The notes under the pieces: model-generated
Database searches by the model: none
Seen by the model: the letters and a program-made list of their open reading frames with translations, nothing else
Told to the model about the DNA's origin: nothing
In this document: piece after piece, positions 1 through 10,811 of the stretch
How positions within the stretch are numbered: position 1 is the stretch's first letter
How the letters are laid out: every line of letters starts with the position of its first letter
Position numbers and translations under genes: made by a program
Source: Podarcis vaucheri
Lineage: Eukaryota
DNA length: 64,000 nucleotides
Reading direction: 5' to 3' (one strand)
NCBI GenBank assembly: GCA_965113315.1
Contig: OZ220364.1

Positions 1-1282
1 TTACCAGCTTTTGTTCTAGAATATTGCTTGTTGCATAGTAAAGTTAGTTTGAAAGATGATATAGCAATGCTGGTAACTAAGCAAATCTATGCATTTAGAA
101 AACTATTTTTGTAGTTTTATATAAAAAGGCATGTAATGCAAACCAAACCAGCAGAAAACGATGTATTTATGTGATGCTTTATCCTGTGAACCTAAGAACA
201 ATTTTCAATGGCAGCTTTAGTTTTGCACTATCAACTTGTAACAGGGTAGCCAAGAGTTTTAAAGTGGTTGTTAATTAAAATTTTGCTTTAGGCCTTGCGG
301 CACCACCTCATAATTCACCTGTCATGAAGCTGTGTGCATTTGCCAACATGTTTTCTAACAGTTGATGTAGGCCCTCATCTACTGAAGGTTGACTGGATTA
401 CATAGAGAAATACCGTGACAAGGTTATTAGTTTCCTTTTGTCTGGTTCCTATGGCTAAAATGCGTGGCGTATCAGATCATATGGTCTTCTGCTCCTATTC
501 TTGCTTCTAACCTGATACTTTGCTTCTCTCAAATATTATGCACGTCTGCCTTTGCCAACAAATACAAATATTTTTATACTTTCACTATGTATCTTAGCGC
601 ATATCCAAGAAAGAACACAATCACATGAAAATTGCAGTGTTACCTCTTTATCTTTATTTACACTTTTTAAAAAGCTATGGAAACTACTGGGACAGAAATT
701 GGTTATGTAAATTTTGATAAGAGAAATACCCCAACCTCTCATTTTGATCTGGGGTGGGGGCATGGGGATAGACAAGAATGAACTTGAACACATTTGATTT
801 ATTTGGAAAGAAGTCTATTTAATATTAAACACTCAATGACAATCAAATGTGTAACAGAAAGTCATAGATACTGTATTTCCACTAAGGTATATCAAGAAGC
901 CAGGTATAGCTTTGTTGTAAAAATGGGGTTTATTTTAGTTGGAGTCACACAAAATACTAAACATTTATCCTTGTGTTTCAAAGTTCAAGAATGAAAACTT
1001 GCAATTAAACACTGAGCAAGCCATGTGTTCAGGTTATGTTGGTTTATCACCTTAAAAGTCTTATAGGAAAAAAATGATAACAGGACTTAAAATTCTCAGT
1101 AGCATGTTTGCTTATTAACTTCTCTCTGCATTTTGAGAGGTCACAACAGTCCTGAATTAATTTTTATTTTAAAAAATCTAACTGAACTTTAATTTTTTTT
1201 TCTATGCCACTACAGCTTTCTTTCACCTCATTTTAAAGCAGATCTTCGTATTAAGCAGTCTTCAGGCTTCTTCGCAGACTTG

Positions 1283-1295
1283 TCACGTGGTTGTC
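1283..1295 (-). CDS. LUC7L3: LUC7L3 candidate distal terminal exon (coding part RTTT*)
   Basis: Acceptor ttttgcgttatag|GACAACCACGTGA; joined to donor TTGAG|gtacat at 2777 gives ...LQNLLR-TTT-stop in frame. Confidence 0.55.
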
Positions 1296-2247
1296 CTATA
1301 ACGCAAAATGTTGGGAAAAGAGAGTCAGATAGTGGGAACAGAGATTACTTTCATTTGCCATTCCTAAACAGCGTCTGCTTGCTGCCCGCTTAACTCTTCA
1401 AAATCATCTCATAAAAATTACACCTAACACCCCTGTGTATTGGACAGTTAAGGACAAACATGACGTCACAATTCACCAACCACTGTTGTTGGGAAGCCAT
1501 GTATTCCAACAGGGCTTGCACAGAGGTCAAATGCAAGTACCACTGAAACGAATGGAGGGTGTGCAACATTAGTGCTCAGAGGATTGCACTGTAGGGCTTA
1601 AATCCTATGCACATTTACTTGGAAGCAAGCCCCAATGAACACAGTGGAACCTACTTCTGAATAAGCATGCATAGGCCTGCACTGTAATTGGTTAGGGGTT
1701 CTTAGAAGATAAGCTGAAACTATATTAACTATGTTGCAAGGAAATCAATCAATCAGCTGGTTTTATTTGGGTTTGTTCCTTACTCAAGGAATGACCCTGA
1801 GAAATCACAGGTCAAGACGGGGCAATTATTTATGTATAAGATTAGCTTCATTTAACTAACAATGTGGTTATATACATTCTTGTCATTTATATATACCTAT
1901 TGGGTGTTTCTGACATTGGCCTTTATTTTCATTTGCCTCCCAAGTCTGGTATCAGCCAGTATATGCTGCTGTGTGCCATGGCTGCCTGGCAATTCTCCTA
2001 CGCAGTAGGAAATTATAAACACATACCTCTTAAAGACTTGAAATGCATTGAATGTTACAAGGCGATTATTATGTAGTATTTATTGCATTTAATAAAGATA
2101 TCTAATTCTGGGCAGCACTGCATCCCTACACACAGTTGAAAGAAAATTCCAATCAAGTTAATATCAGGTTAACAGTTTCACAATATATGCACAAAGATTC
2201 CTTTTCACTTTTTGTAAATAAAACACACAACAGTAAGCTTAAAGATT

Positions 2248-2537
2248 NNNNNNNNNNNNNNNNNNNNNNNNNNNNNNNNNNNNNNNNNNNNNNNNNNNNN
2301 NNNNNNNNNNNNNNNNNNNNNNNNNNNNNNNNNNNNNNNNNNNNNNNNNNNNNNNNNNNNNNNNNNNNNNNNNNNNNNNNNNNNNNNNNNNNNNNNNNNN
2401 NNNNNNNNNNNNNNNNNNNNNNNNNNNNNNNNNNNNNNNNNNNNNNNNNNNNNNNNNNNNNNNNNNNNNNNNNNNNNNNNNNNNNNNNNNNNNNNNNNNN
2501 NNNNNNNNNNNNNNNNNNNNNNNNNNNNNNNNNNNNN
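2248..2537. other. Assembly gap (290 N)
   Basis: Run of N. Confidence 1.
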
Positions 2538-2700
2538 ACAAAATAGTCCAACATGTGCCTCTAATATTAAGTATTAAAGCAAATGTTTCTGATGCACCAA
2601 CACAATATGGACTTAATTACAAAATCAGTTCAAATTGTTAAAAAAGATAATAAATCCCCTAAAAATAAAAAATAGGATAATTAACTTCTAAGGGACTAGA

Positions 2701-2885
2701 TTACAAATATGTTCCCAAGAGGCACACTAATGGGGGTATGAGTCTGCTACAAAATAGCCGATACAAAACAATGTACCTCAAAAGATTTTGCAGGACTACA
2801 CTGTGTTTTCCTTCAGAAGTTGCTTTAGCACCTCTTCTTACTTGTTGACTTAGCTCCATCTTCATCTGTACATACTTACGCTGCA
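2701..2885 (-). CDS. LUC7L3: LUC7L3 alternative C-terminal exon (VQRKY... isoform)
   Basis: Internal donor GAAG|gtgaca at 2991/2990, 105-nt intron, acceptor aacag at 2886; in frame VQRKYVQMKMELSQQVRRGAKATSEGKHSVVLQNLLRYIVLYRLFCSRLIPPLVCLLGTYL*; resembles an alternative mammalian LUC7L3 tail as I recall it. Confidence 0.75.
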
Positions 2886-2970
2886 CTGTTAAACAGTAAC
2901 AAAAAGCCCTAATCAAAGTTTGAAATAATGCACTTACCTCTGTCTGATCTGAGGTCATATCAGATCAGTT

Positions 2971-3131
2971 TTAATTGGACTGAGTGTCACCTTCAGATTT
3001 AATGTCTTCACTGGTCCCATTGACCTCATTCTTAGCATCGCCATCCTTGGAGTCCATGCTTGTGTCTTCACTCTGTTTTTCCCGACTACTGGACTTCACA
3101 CTACTTTTTTTATCATCAGATCCCCTCTTTT
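2971..3131 (-). CDS. LUC7L3: LUC7L3 exon 10, canonical C-terminus
   Basis: cag|EKRGSDDKKSSVKSSSREKQSEDTSMDSKDGDAKNEVNGTSEDIKSEGDTQSN*; the 10 exons total 1296 nt = 431 aa + stop. Confidence 0.95.
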
Positions 3132-3548
3132 CTGCCATGAAAGAAGACATTGACCATGGACTTCACAGTAAAGACACACAAGGTATCACGCTTTTCAGGG
3201 GTGAAGCATATGCCGAGACATCAGCAATTGGCTGTAAAATTGCAAACTAGAGATCAAAGTTACAGTGCTAATATTGAATGAAATATTCCACCAGAAAGAA
3301 CAAGAACTGAGTTGCTGAGTTCAGAGGGAAAGGATAGCACAGAGGGGGAGGCAGAACTGCTTAATATTACAATGCAAAAGTCACTGACCTGTTTGATAGT
3401 TCTGGTCAAAAACCACAAGCCACGTACATGCTACCTAACTGAAAACTACCTGATGTAAAGGCTAGCGTAAAATGTGTCTAAAACTACAGATTCATCACAG
3501 TATACAACTTTTAATCACTTAATTTAGCTCAAGACTATGTACAAATTT

Positions 3549-3735
3549 GGGGAAGGACCGTAGCTCAGTGGTAGAGCATCTATCTGCCTTGCATGCACAA
3601 AGTCCCAGCTTCAGCCTCCGGCATATCCAAATAAGGCTGGGAAAGACTTATTGTCTGATATGCTGGAGAGCCACTGCTGGTCAGAAAATACTGAGCAAGA
3701 GGGACTGTTGGTCTGACTCCTGTTGGCAGCCTCCT
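3549..3735 (+). mobile_element. Squam2/AnolisSINE2-like tRNA-derived SINE, decayed
   Basis: TAGCTCAGTGGTAGAGCA A-box; GGCTGGGAAAGAC; CTGGAGAGCCACTGC; TGGTCTGACTC...GGCAGC; similar to the 17.4-kb and 49.7-kb copies. Confidence 0.65.
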
Positions 3736-3777
3736 CTGACCTCTGATGCCAACACCTAATCTGCTGGCCAGGGCGGA

Positions 3778-3910
3778 GAGCCTGCTGGATCAGGCCAATG
3801 ACCCATCTAGTCCAGCATCCTGTTCTCTCAGTGGCCAAACCAGCAAGCAGGATTTGAGTACAAGAGCACTCTTACCTATTGTGGTTTCCCGCAATTGGTA
3901 TTCAGAACAT
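3778..3910 (-). mobile_element. CR1-type LINE 3' end fragment
   Basis: GAGCCTGCTGGATCAGGCCAATGACCCATCTAGTCCAGCATCCTGTTCTC..GTGGCCAA resembles a reverse-oriented reptile CR1 3' UTR. Confidence 0.5.
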
Positions 3911-5509
3911 GTTTGAATTCTTGACCTCTCAGACAGCACGTGCACAGAACAGTTTGGAGCAATTAAATTTTTACAGGATTATGTATTGATCTTAGGTAAC
4001 AAACCTTAACGTATAGGGCTAGATCCAGGCCTTACTTCATTGGTGAGGATACTGCAGCTGACAGAGGAAGGAGCGGTTTTAATTATTTCTCCTCAATGCA
4101 AACACCCTGCGCCACCTCGAACTCTGTTCTGGAGGGTTGGAACATCTTCTGGAAAAACATGGGAGGTGGGGCTGGGGGCTGCAGGGAGGTGAATTGGCAA
4201 ACGTTACCTCTCCTCCCACTCGGCTGACAATCTGGATGGAAGGAGTCTCTTTCATCTGGGAAAGGCAAAGCCTGGATCCAAACCACAGAGCTGATTTTGA
4301 TTTGGCTATTTGAATCAACTATGCATATTACTGCCTGAAGTTTTAAGGACATTTAAATTTTGTGCTGTGTTTATAGATTTGCATGCTTATCTTTTTGATA
4401 GCCCATTTTCCCCAAACCTTTTTTCTCCACTGCTTCATGTACTATTCTCAAATGGTAGTGCCTGCTCTTCCCTCACTCTTTTTCCAGAGCCCATTCCCAC
4501 CTCCTTTACCTTCATTTGCCTGCTATGCCCCATCACCTCACCAGGATTGGGGATTGTCTCCCTACTTGCCAACCACTGCCAAGAAGAGAGAAAGTAATCT
4601 GTGTAAGTGCATTATCAGGCTGATATTTAACAATCCATGACTGCCGGGAGCCAAAAAAAGTAACCTTCAAAGCACAATAGGTTTCCAATTTTCATTTTCC
4701 TATCTTGCAAGAAGATGCACTTAATTTTCATGTCCAAAACAATTACAAGTTACAAACTTGACAAAGTTGCTTGAATTGGGACACTAGGTTAATGGGACTC
4801 ATAGTTCACTGAAAACAGGTAACTCTAAATAGCAGAGGTAGCTATAAGAGAATCTGACAATGGATTGGCTGCCAATAAAATTAGTAAAGCCAGGATAATG
4901 AGTTTACCTGGAGAAAATAAAAAATTAAGACAGCCATGTGTCCTTCTCTTATATTCAATGCACAGCCCTTTACGGTGGGCAGTTTCCATATCAGACATGG
5001 TTACCAGGTTTTTTGTCCCGTTATATATAACATGCATATAGTGTAAGCCGTGTATACTGTACACTGAAATCACTTGGGTATTTCTCTCATCAACACGATG
5101 AACCAAAATTCTTCTTTAAGCATCCAGATAAAGTATATTAAATGTTTTGAATGGTGGTATTTAATGCAAGAGCAAAGAATAAAGAACAGGGAACAAACAG
5201 AAGAGACTGTCAAAGCTGCATGGGTGAAGTTTCTGGAAAGGCATACTTATGGCCTACTGCAGGAGCAAAAGATTAATTTGATGTTTGTTTCAATTCCTTT
5301 TATCAAGAAAACTTAGAACAGCTTTATTATGCAGATAACAGCCAAAAAAGGGGAGGGGGGGGAGGAACTAAAAAGGAACCACTGCCTAAGGGAAAACACT
5401 CAATATGTGAAGCTGAGAGAAAACCAGTCACCAAAGTCCAGTTAACTTTGGAACTCTTAGAGGTTTCTGTTCCATGTAATAATTGCCTGGATAGGTTACA
5501 CTAACTGAC

Positions 5510-5635
5510 CTTTTTGAAAGTCTTCAATTTTTGCTTTATTAGGTATCGCCGATTCACATGTAGATCCACTGAGGAACAGCAGTCTTGTTGCCCCGCAGAG
5601 GACTAGCTGTCAGTCCAATAAGCTTATCTTCTGTC
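5510..5635 (-). other. LUC7L3: LUC7L3 candidate poison / alternative last exon in intron 9
   Basis: catag|GACAGAAGATAAGCTTATTGGACTGA ... AAAAAG|gtcagt; 126 nt; after exon 9 it reads GQKISLLD*; internal AATAAA at 5540-5535. Confidence 0.55.
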
Positions 5636-7426
5636 CTATGTAGATACGATAGAGCTCAACAGCCCTTTAAATGGGCAAAATATGTAGATTCTCCGGAAGG
5701 TGTTTTATTGAGTTTGGACAGATGGGGGGGGAGGCGTTTTTCTTGGCAACTGTTAAACAGTTATTGACCTATGGGCCTGTGAATTAAAATAGGAAGCTAT
5801 ACTATGAAAACTTTTTTGTCTACTCTACGCTAAAGTAGTTTTATCTTTGATTTGGTAAGTAGAGCTCAGGGAATAATTTGTTGAAAGATTTGTTACCCAC
5901 CCCCATAGCATACCTGTAAGGAGTATAATCCTTATACCTATTTCTTGAAAATTGCTTTTCTGATCATAAAAAGGGAAATAAAATTGGCACACACAGTACA
6001 AATGCTGCAGTGCCATCTGTTCAAATACTGACTAGCTGTGCTTAAGTAAGAGAAACGTAACTGTTTCACTGGACAGGGTCAGAAATTGGGGTGGGGTGGG
6101 GATGGAGTGTTTCACTGACAAGTTAATAGAACTGAAATTTTATTTTGTATTTTTCAGTTTCTCTCAGATCTGGGGGATTTTCTCACTATGAAGCTCCAAT
6201 TTGTAAGGCAATGAGCAAGTACTGCTTAAAATTCCAGTTCCTCAATACCAGACCAGTTGATAATATCTGTACTCATATCTTCACTGAGGCTTTCTTCAGA
6301 AAGGTCCTATGTGTAATTAACTTAATAAACTTAAAGCATGCTTTCATAAGTACAACAGAATAGAATATAGAACATGTAAGGAGGACAGACATTCATACAG
6401 CTGCTTAACAATGACTAACAATATTTTTTTGCCAATGCTCAAGTGACATGGAAGGAAGTCAAATTCCAAGTGTAACCACAATCACAACACCAAAAGAGTT
6501 GTAGGAGAGAAAGTGGAATAATAGCAAGAATAGTATTTAAACACACCCTCAGCTGGCGTATGCAGTGTAGTTGAGTCACACCACTTTTTAGTGTTACAGG
6601 GTGACTGGGAAAGGGGAAACAAGCTGTATATTCTGCAAACTAGGAGGTTATGACTTCTGGGCAGATACCTTCCCGTGTTGGATATAGATATATGTTATTT
6701 AGCATTGCATACCATTAAATTGTGAAGTATTCTACTAAGCTACAAAACCATTAGTTTATACCCAAACTCAGTTCTTTGAAAATCTAGACAAAAGGCATTG
6801 AATAGAAGAGAATGAAGCAGTCCAAGATTAGTTAAATGGCAGACCCCCTGGAGATAATAAGATCACCATTTATGCAAGAAGTACATTGTTATTTTGAGTC
6901 ACTGTTGTCTTCTCTAGAACCAATGAATGCCATAATACACTCTGCAGCCTATTCTGATGCCCCATTTTAGAACAGTACCTACACACAGCTGAGTGCATCA
7001 GGCTTGCCTCACTGGGTCAGAACCATATATTTGTACCATTCCCATTACTCTGCTTTTATTAATCACAGTCCTGGGAAGTCTGGTAATACTTCCTTGAGAA
7101 GGAATTCATTCAACTTTGCATTAATAAAAAGAAATACACAACCAACATACTAAAATGAAAATTATTTCTAGAGGCGAATAACAGGCAGTCATATCTAATT
7201 CATAACCATCATTCTATACATACAAAAGATAAATAAAGCAGTAAAAAAACTCCAAGCCTCTATTCAGTAAGGAGACCTTAAAGGGATTTATGAAATACTA
7301 TCCAAAACTGAGGCAGTGAAGTTTGAAGAGGCTGGCTTGCTGATGACCATTTTTAAAGGCTTCCTTTCAATGTGGAGACCACAAAGCGTTATGCAGAACA
7401 CTAAACATTCATATTGTTCACCGCTA

Positions 7427-7516
7427 AGGCAGCAATCCTACATACCTACCTGGGAGTAAGCTCAGTTTAACTTTGGGGCTTACTTCCCAGTAGACAGGCA
7501 TATGATTGCAGTGTTA
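7427..7516. repeat. ~90-bp palindromic interspersed repeat (other copies near 1595-1686, 17990-18066, 35178-35270, 36470-36560, 63664-63725)
   Basis: GCAATCCTA..ACCTACCTGGGAGTAAG...CTTACTTCCCAGTAGAC..GCATATGATTGC fold-back, repeated through the window. Confidence 0.6.
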
Positions 7517-9146
7517 CGTGACCCACATGCTGAGAAGAGAGATTCCAGTGTATCAAATAAAATAATTTAGGGTGGAGCATGTATACTAACAACCCCAGGT
7601 GAAACAGGCCATTTCCCAAATTACTTTGATAATGGGCTTGAAAATGGGAGAGGTTAACAGACATATCTATTATCAATAGAAGAGTACACTGAAAGTTGTT
7701 CCAGAGGCCAGAAATTTACCCAACATCTTCTAGACAAGAGGTGTACCTCTGACCTTCGAGGTTTTGCAAGTATCCCATTACATGGCTGTATATGTGCGTG
7801 TCATTTAAAAATCGGAATTGAAGCTAACATGGATTCTTAACTTGAGAGATCGGGCTTTCATGTAATTTCTGGGTGGACAAAGTAACAAACAATGGAATGA
7901 TTCACAATGAGCTGCAGTCTTGTGTGCTCGCCTCTCCTGTGTGGCCAAGAGGAACAGTTCAGAAACTTTTGCTTACTGTGGCTGCTGTGTCACCTGGAGT
8001 GATATACTGTGGTTTCTGAAGCTGGCTTGTTGAAACCAACCAAGGTTAGTCCTTACCACAATTTCATATTCAAACAACATGGCAAACTCTGGTTAACTAA
8101 AAGCAGAAGCTTATGAATTCTTTATCTCAGCTTTGCAGCAGGAGAGCATACGAGCCCAAAATTTGCTAAAGTCCATCATGTTGCACTAAAACTTGATTAC
8201 CATTATATGCTAATGCAGACAGTATATCTGTAAGAAATCAGCCAGTGCCGTATCCAGCACAATAAGGAAAACTACTACACTCATTAGCACGGATTAAAAA
8301 AGGTATATACTTAATACCTGAAAAATAAATAACAAGCCAAGAACAGACTTTAGTTAGGCTCTTTCATATTCCTAAAGTGTTGGAAATGCAGACGAGGATG
8401 AATAATAAACCACAAGGGCTGAAGAAAAAGTGTTCACCAAAGGGAAGCAACTGTAACTGTACATAAGAACATGGAACAGTAGTGACATACCACCTTTATG
8501 CACCATGTCTTCAGGAACAATTTAAATATCACACCAATTTACTGTTAGTATTGTTGAGTCTGCAAAATGGAGGGGTGGGCAGAAGGCAGATCAGGATTGA
8601 CTGGTAAATGTCTGGGTTATTTACAGATCAGGATTTCTGACTCCTGCTTGTTTTACAACCACCACCAAAAACATGGTTCTGAATATGTGGGGGGGGGGGC
8701 AATGAGGTCTGTTTATTTCTGGTACTCAAAACAAATAGCTGGTCTCAGAATGCTTAAATTCTCGTTTTATTTATTGCACAGCGTAAACCAGGCTTTGGTT
8801 GGTGGATTTCAAGAGTTCTAGCAAAAAGCAAGTAGATCTGCAAGCCTGATGCTTCCCCACCCCTGGTAACAGACACCTAAAGACAGTAACAGAAGACTTA
8901 ACTGAATTTAAGTTCACAGGTGTAGAAAAGCTGAGGTAGTATGCGGCCAAGAGACACTCATCTACCTGGAATCTAAGAGTTTTATATATAATATGCTACA
9001 GTACTGGAAGGGAGAAGGAAAGGTGCATCAAGTATTTAAAAGTTTGTATTTAAGAGTTCAGAAGGAATCTATGGGGGCAGCAATCACTGGAAGATCATGG
9101 CACAGCTCTGCAGAAAAACTATTCTTCACCAGTCATATGAACTGAC

Positions 9147-9307
9147 CTTTTTCCTTAGATTTCCTGTCTTGTTCTCGCTCTCTGCTTTTGCTTCTGTGCT
9201 TGTAAGATTTCCGATCCCGACTCTTTGACCGCCTTTTGTCCCTGCTACGTGATCTATGTTTTCTGTCTGACCTATCATGGCTTCTGCTTCTGCGTCGATC
9301 TCGACTC
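9147..9307 (-). CDS. LUC7L3: LUC7L3 exon 9 (RS domain)
   Basis: tag|SRDRRRSRSHDRSDRKHRSRSRDKRRSKSRDRKSYKHRSKSREREQDRKSKEK|gtcagt; 161 nt. Confidence 0.95.
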
Positions 9308-9788
9308 CTAAAAATGTAAGAAGAATGGGTGGAATTCAACCTGGTGCTAATGTGAACATTCCACCAATGAAAGGATTTCTCTTTGCACAATGGGACATAC
9401 CCCCCCCCCATGTCCCTAGATATATTCCAGGGGTTCCCTCAACTCTCTGGAGCAGATTTGGGGATGGTGTGGGGAACGGACAAGGTGGGGGGGCAGTGTC
9501 TCATTGCACAAGCAGAAGTCATTCTGCTCATGCAGTCATTTAATTGACTATCCCCAATAATAGTTAAAGCACTTCCCTAAATTTATCACAAGTAAACTTG
9601 ACATAAAAACTTGACACATCCACATATGGATCGGCAAAATTGGGGGGGAGGCACATTCACAGTTAAACGAAGCTTTGATATAAACTACAGTTTTGCTGCA
9701 AAATGCTTAGTGTAAAACTGCCTTGAGAAATGTAAGCCAAAGTTTGTTCAAAACTGGTTAAACCCTATTTATGCCAAGTTTTCAGATA

Positions 9789-9997
9789 CAGTGGTACCTC
9801 GGGTTACATACGCTTCAGGTTACAGACTGCACTAACCCATAAATATTACCTCGGGTTGAGAACTTTGCTTCAGGATGAGAACAGAAATCATGCAGTGGCT
9901 GCGCAGCAGCAGCAGGAGGCCCCATTAGCTAAAGTGGTTCTTCAGGTTAAGAACAGACCTCCAGAATGAATTAAGTTCTTAACCCGAGGTACCACTG
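9789..9997. mobile_element. Tc1/mariner (Tigger-like) MITE
   Basis: Perfect 18-bp TIR CAGTGGTACCTCGGGTTA; TA on both flanks; internal CTTCAGGTTA sub-repeats. Confidence 0.9.
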
Positions 9998-10149
9998 TAC
10001 TTGTGAGGAATTTTTAGTACTGAAAACCTCAAGCAGTTTCTCAGGAATACAAAGTCTACACCTTTAGGTGTTCTCTCGACTCATCATCCATTTCAATTTA
10101 TTCAACTTCAAAGAAATATAATGTCCTTAGCCCCTTCCCAGACAGGTAC

Positions 10150-10427
10150 CTGCTTCGTCTTCTGTCCTTGCTTCTTGATCTTTTATGGTCCCTTGACCGA
10201 CTACCCCTCCTGTCAGAAGTTCTGCTTGAATGTCTGCTTCGTGAACGACTCCTCTTTCGTCTCTCTCTATCACGAGCCCTCTCTTTTTCTTTTTCTTCTT
10301 CTTCACGCCGTCGCTTTCTTTCCCTTTCTTCCCTTTCACGTTCCCTCTCTCGCTCTTCACGCTCTAGTTTCTCTTTTTTTAACCGATCATCGCGCTCAGG
10401 CTCTTCAGTTCTCTTTCTTAATTTTTC
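10150..10427 (-). CDS. LUC7L3: LUC7L3 exon 8 (RE/RS-rich domain)
   Basis: aag|EKLRKRTEEPERDDRLKKEKLEREERERER...; 278 nt; donor CAG|gtacct. Confidence 0.93.
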
Positions 10428-10461
10428 CTTAAAAAGGAAAGTATTACAGAAAGGTTACTGC

Positions 10462-10586
10462 AATCATAGAATTGTTGAATTTTAAGGCACCATGAAGATC
10501 ATCTAGTCCAACTCCCCTGCAATGCAGGAACCTTTTGCCCAATGTGGGGCTCGAACCCAAAACCAACTGGAAGATTTCATGCTTCT
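10462..10586 (-). mobile_element. tRNA-Lys-headed SINE with CR1 3' tail
   Basis: Minus: GGGTTCGAGCCCCACATTGGGC (tRNA-Lys 3' half) joined to CCTGCATTGCAGGGG..TTGGACTAGATGA...ATTCTATGATT. Confidence 0.65.
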
Positions 10587-10706
10587 TAAGAAAGGGCAAT
10601 ACTCCCTACCATGACATGAATTTGAAACACTCTTTAACAGTCTATTTCAGATAAAATTTAAAGCATCTCCACTATCTGGTAACATTAATGATAACATATA
10701 TACAAA

Positions 10707-10811
10707 TAGAATCATAGAACTGTAGAGTTGAAAGGAACCCCGAGGGCATCTAGTCCAACCCCCTGCAATGCAGGAATCTCAATGAAAGCATCCATAACTG
10801 ATGGCCATCCA
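10707..10811 (-). mobile_element. CR1 LINE 3' terminus
   Basis: ATAGAATCATAGAACTGTAGAGTTGAAAGGAACCCC...TAGTCCAACCCCCTGCAATGCAGGAATCTC...ATGGCCATCC; (ATTCTATG)-type tail. Confidence 0.65.

Noticed and set aside
1-700. Exons of the neighbouring ANKRD40CL-like gene expected from synteny
   Set aside because: No recognisable coding sequence in this stretch
2136-2554. ORFs of 100-136 aa made of X residues
   Set aside because: Artefacts of the N gap
3549-3630. tRNA gene calls here and at 17441, 21483, 53600 and 54820
   Set aside because: Degenerate cloverleafs fused to SINE bodies and tails; these are SINE heads
10121-10485. Ser/Arg/Leu-rich plus-strand ORFs and a Lys-rich minus-strand ORF
   Set aside because: Antisense or off-frame shadows of low-complexity LUC7L3 exon 8
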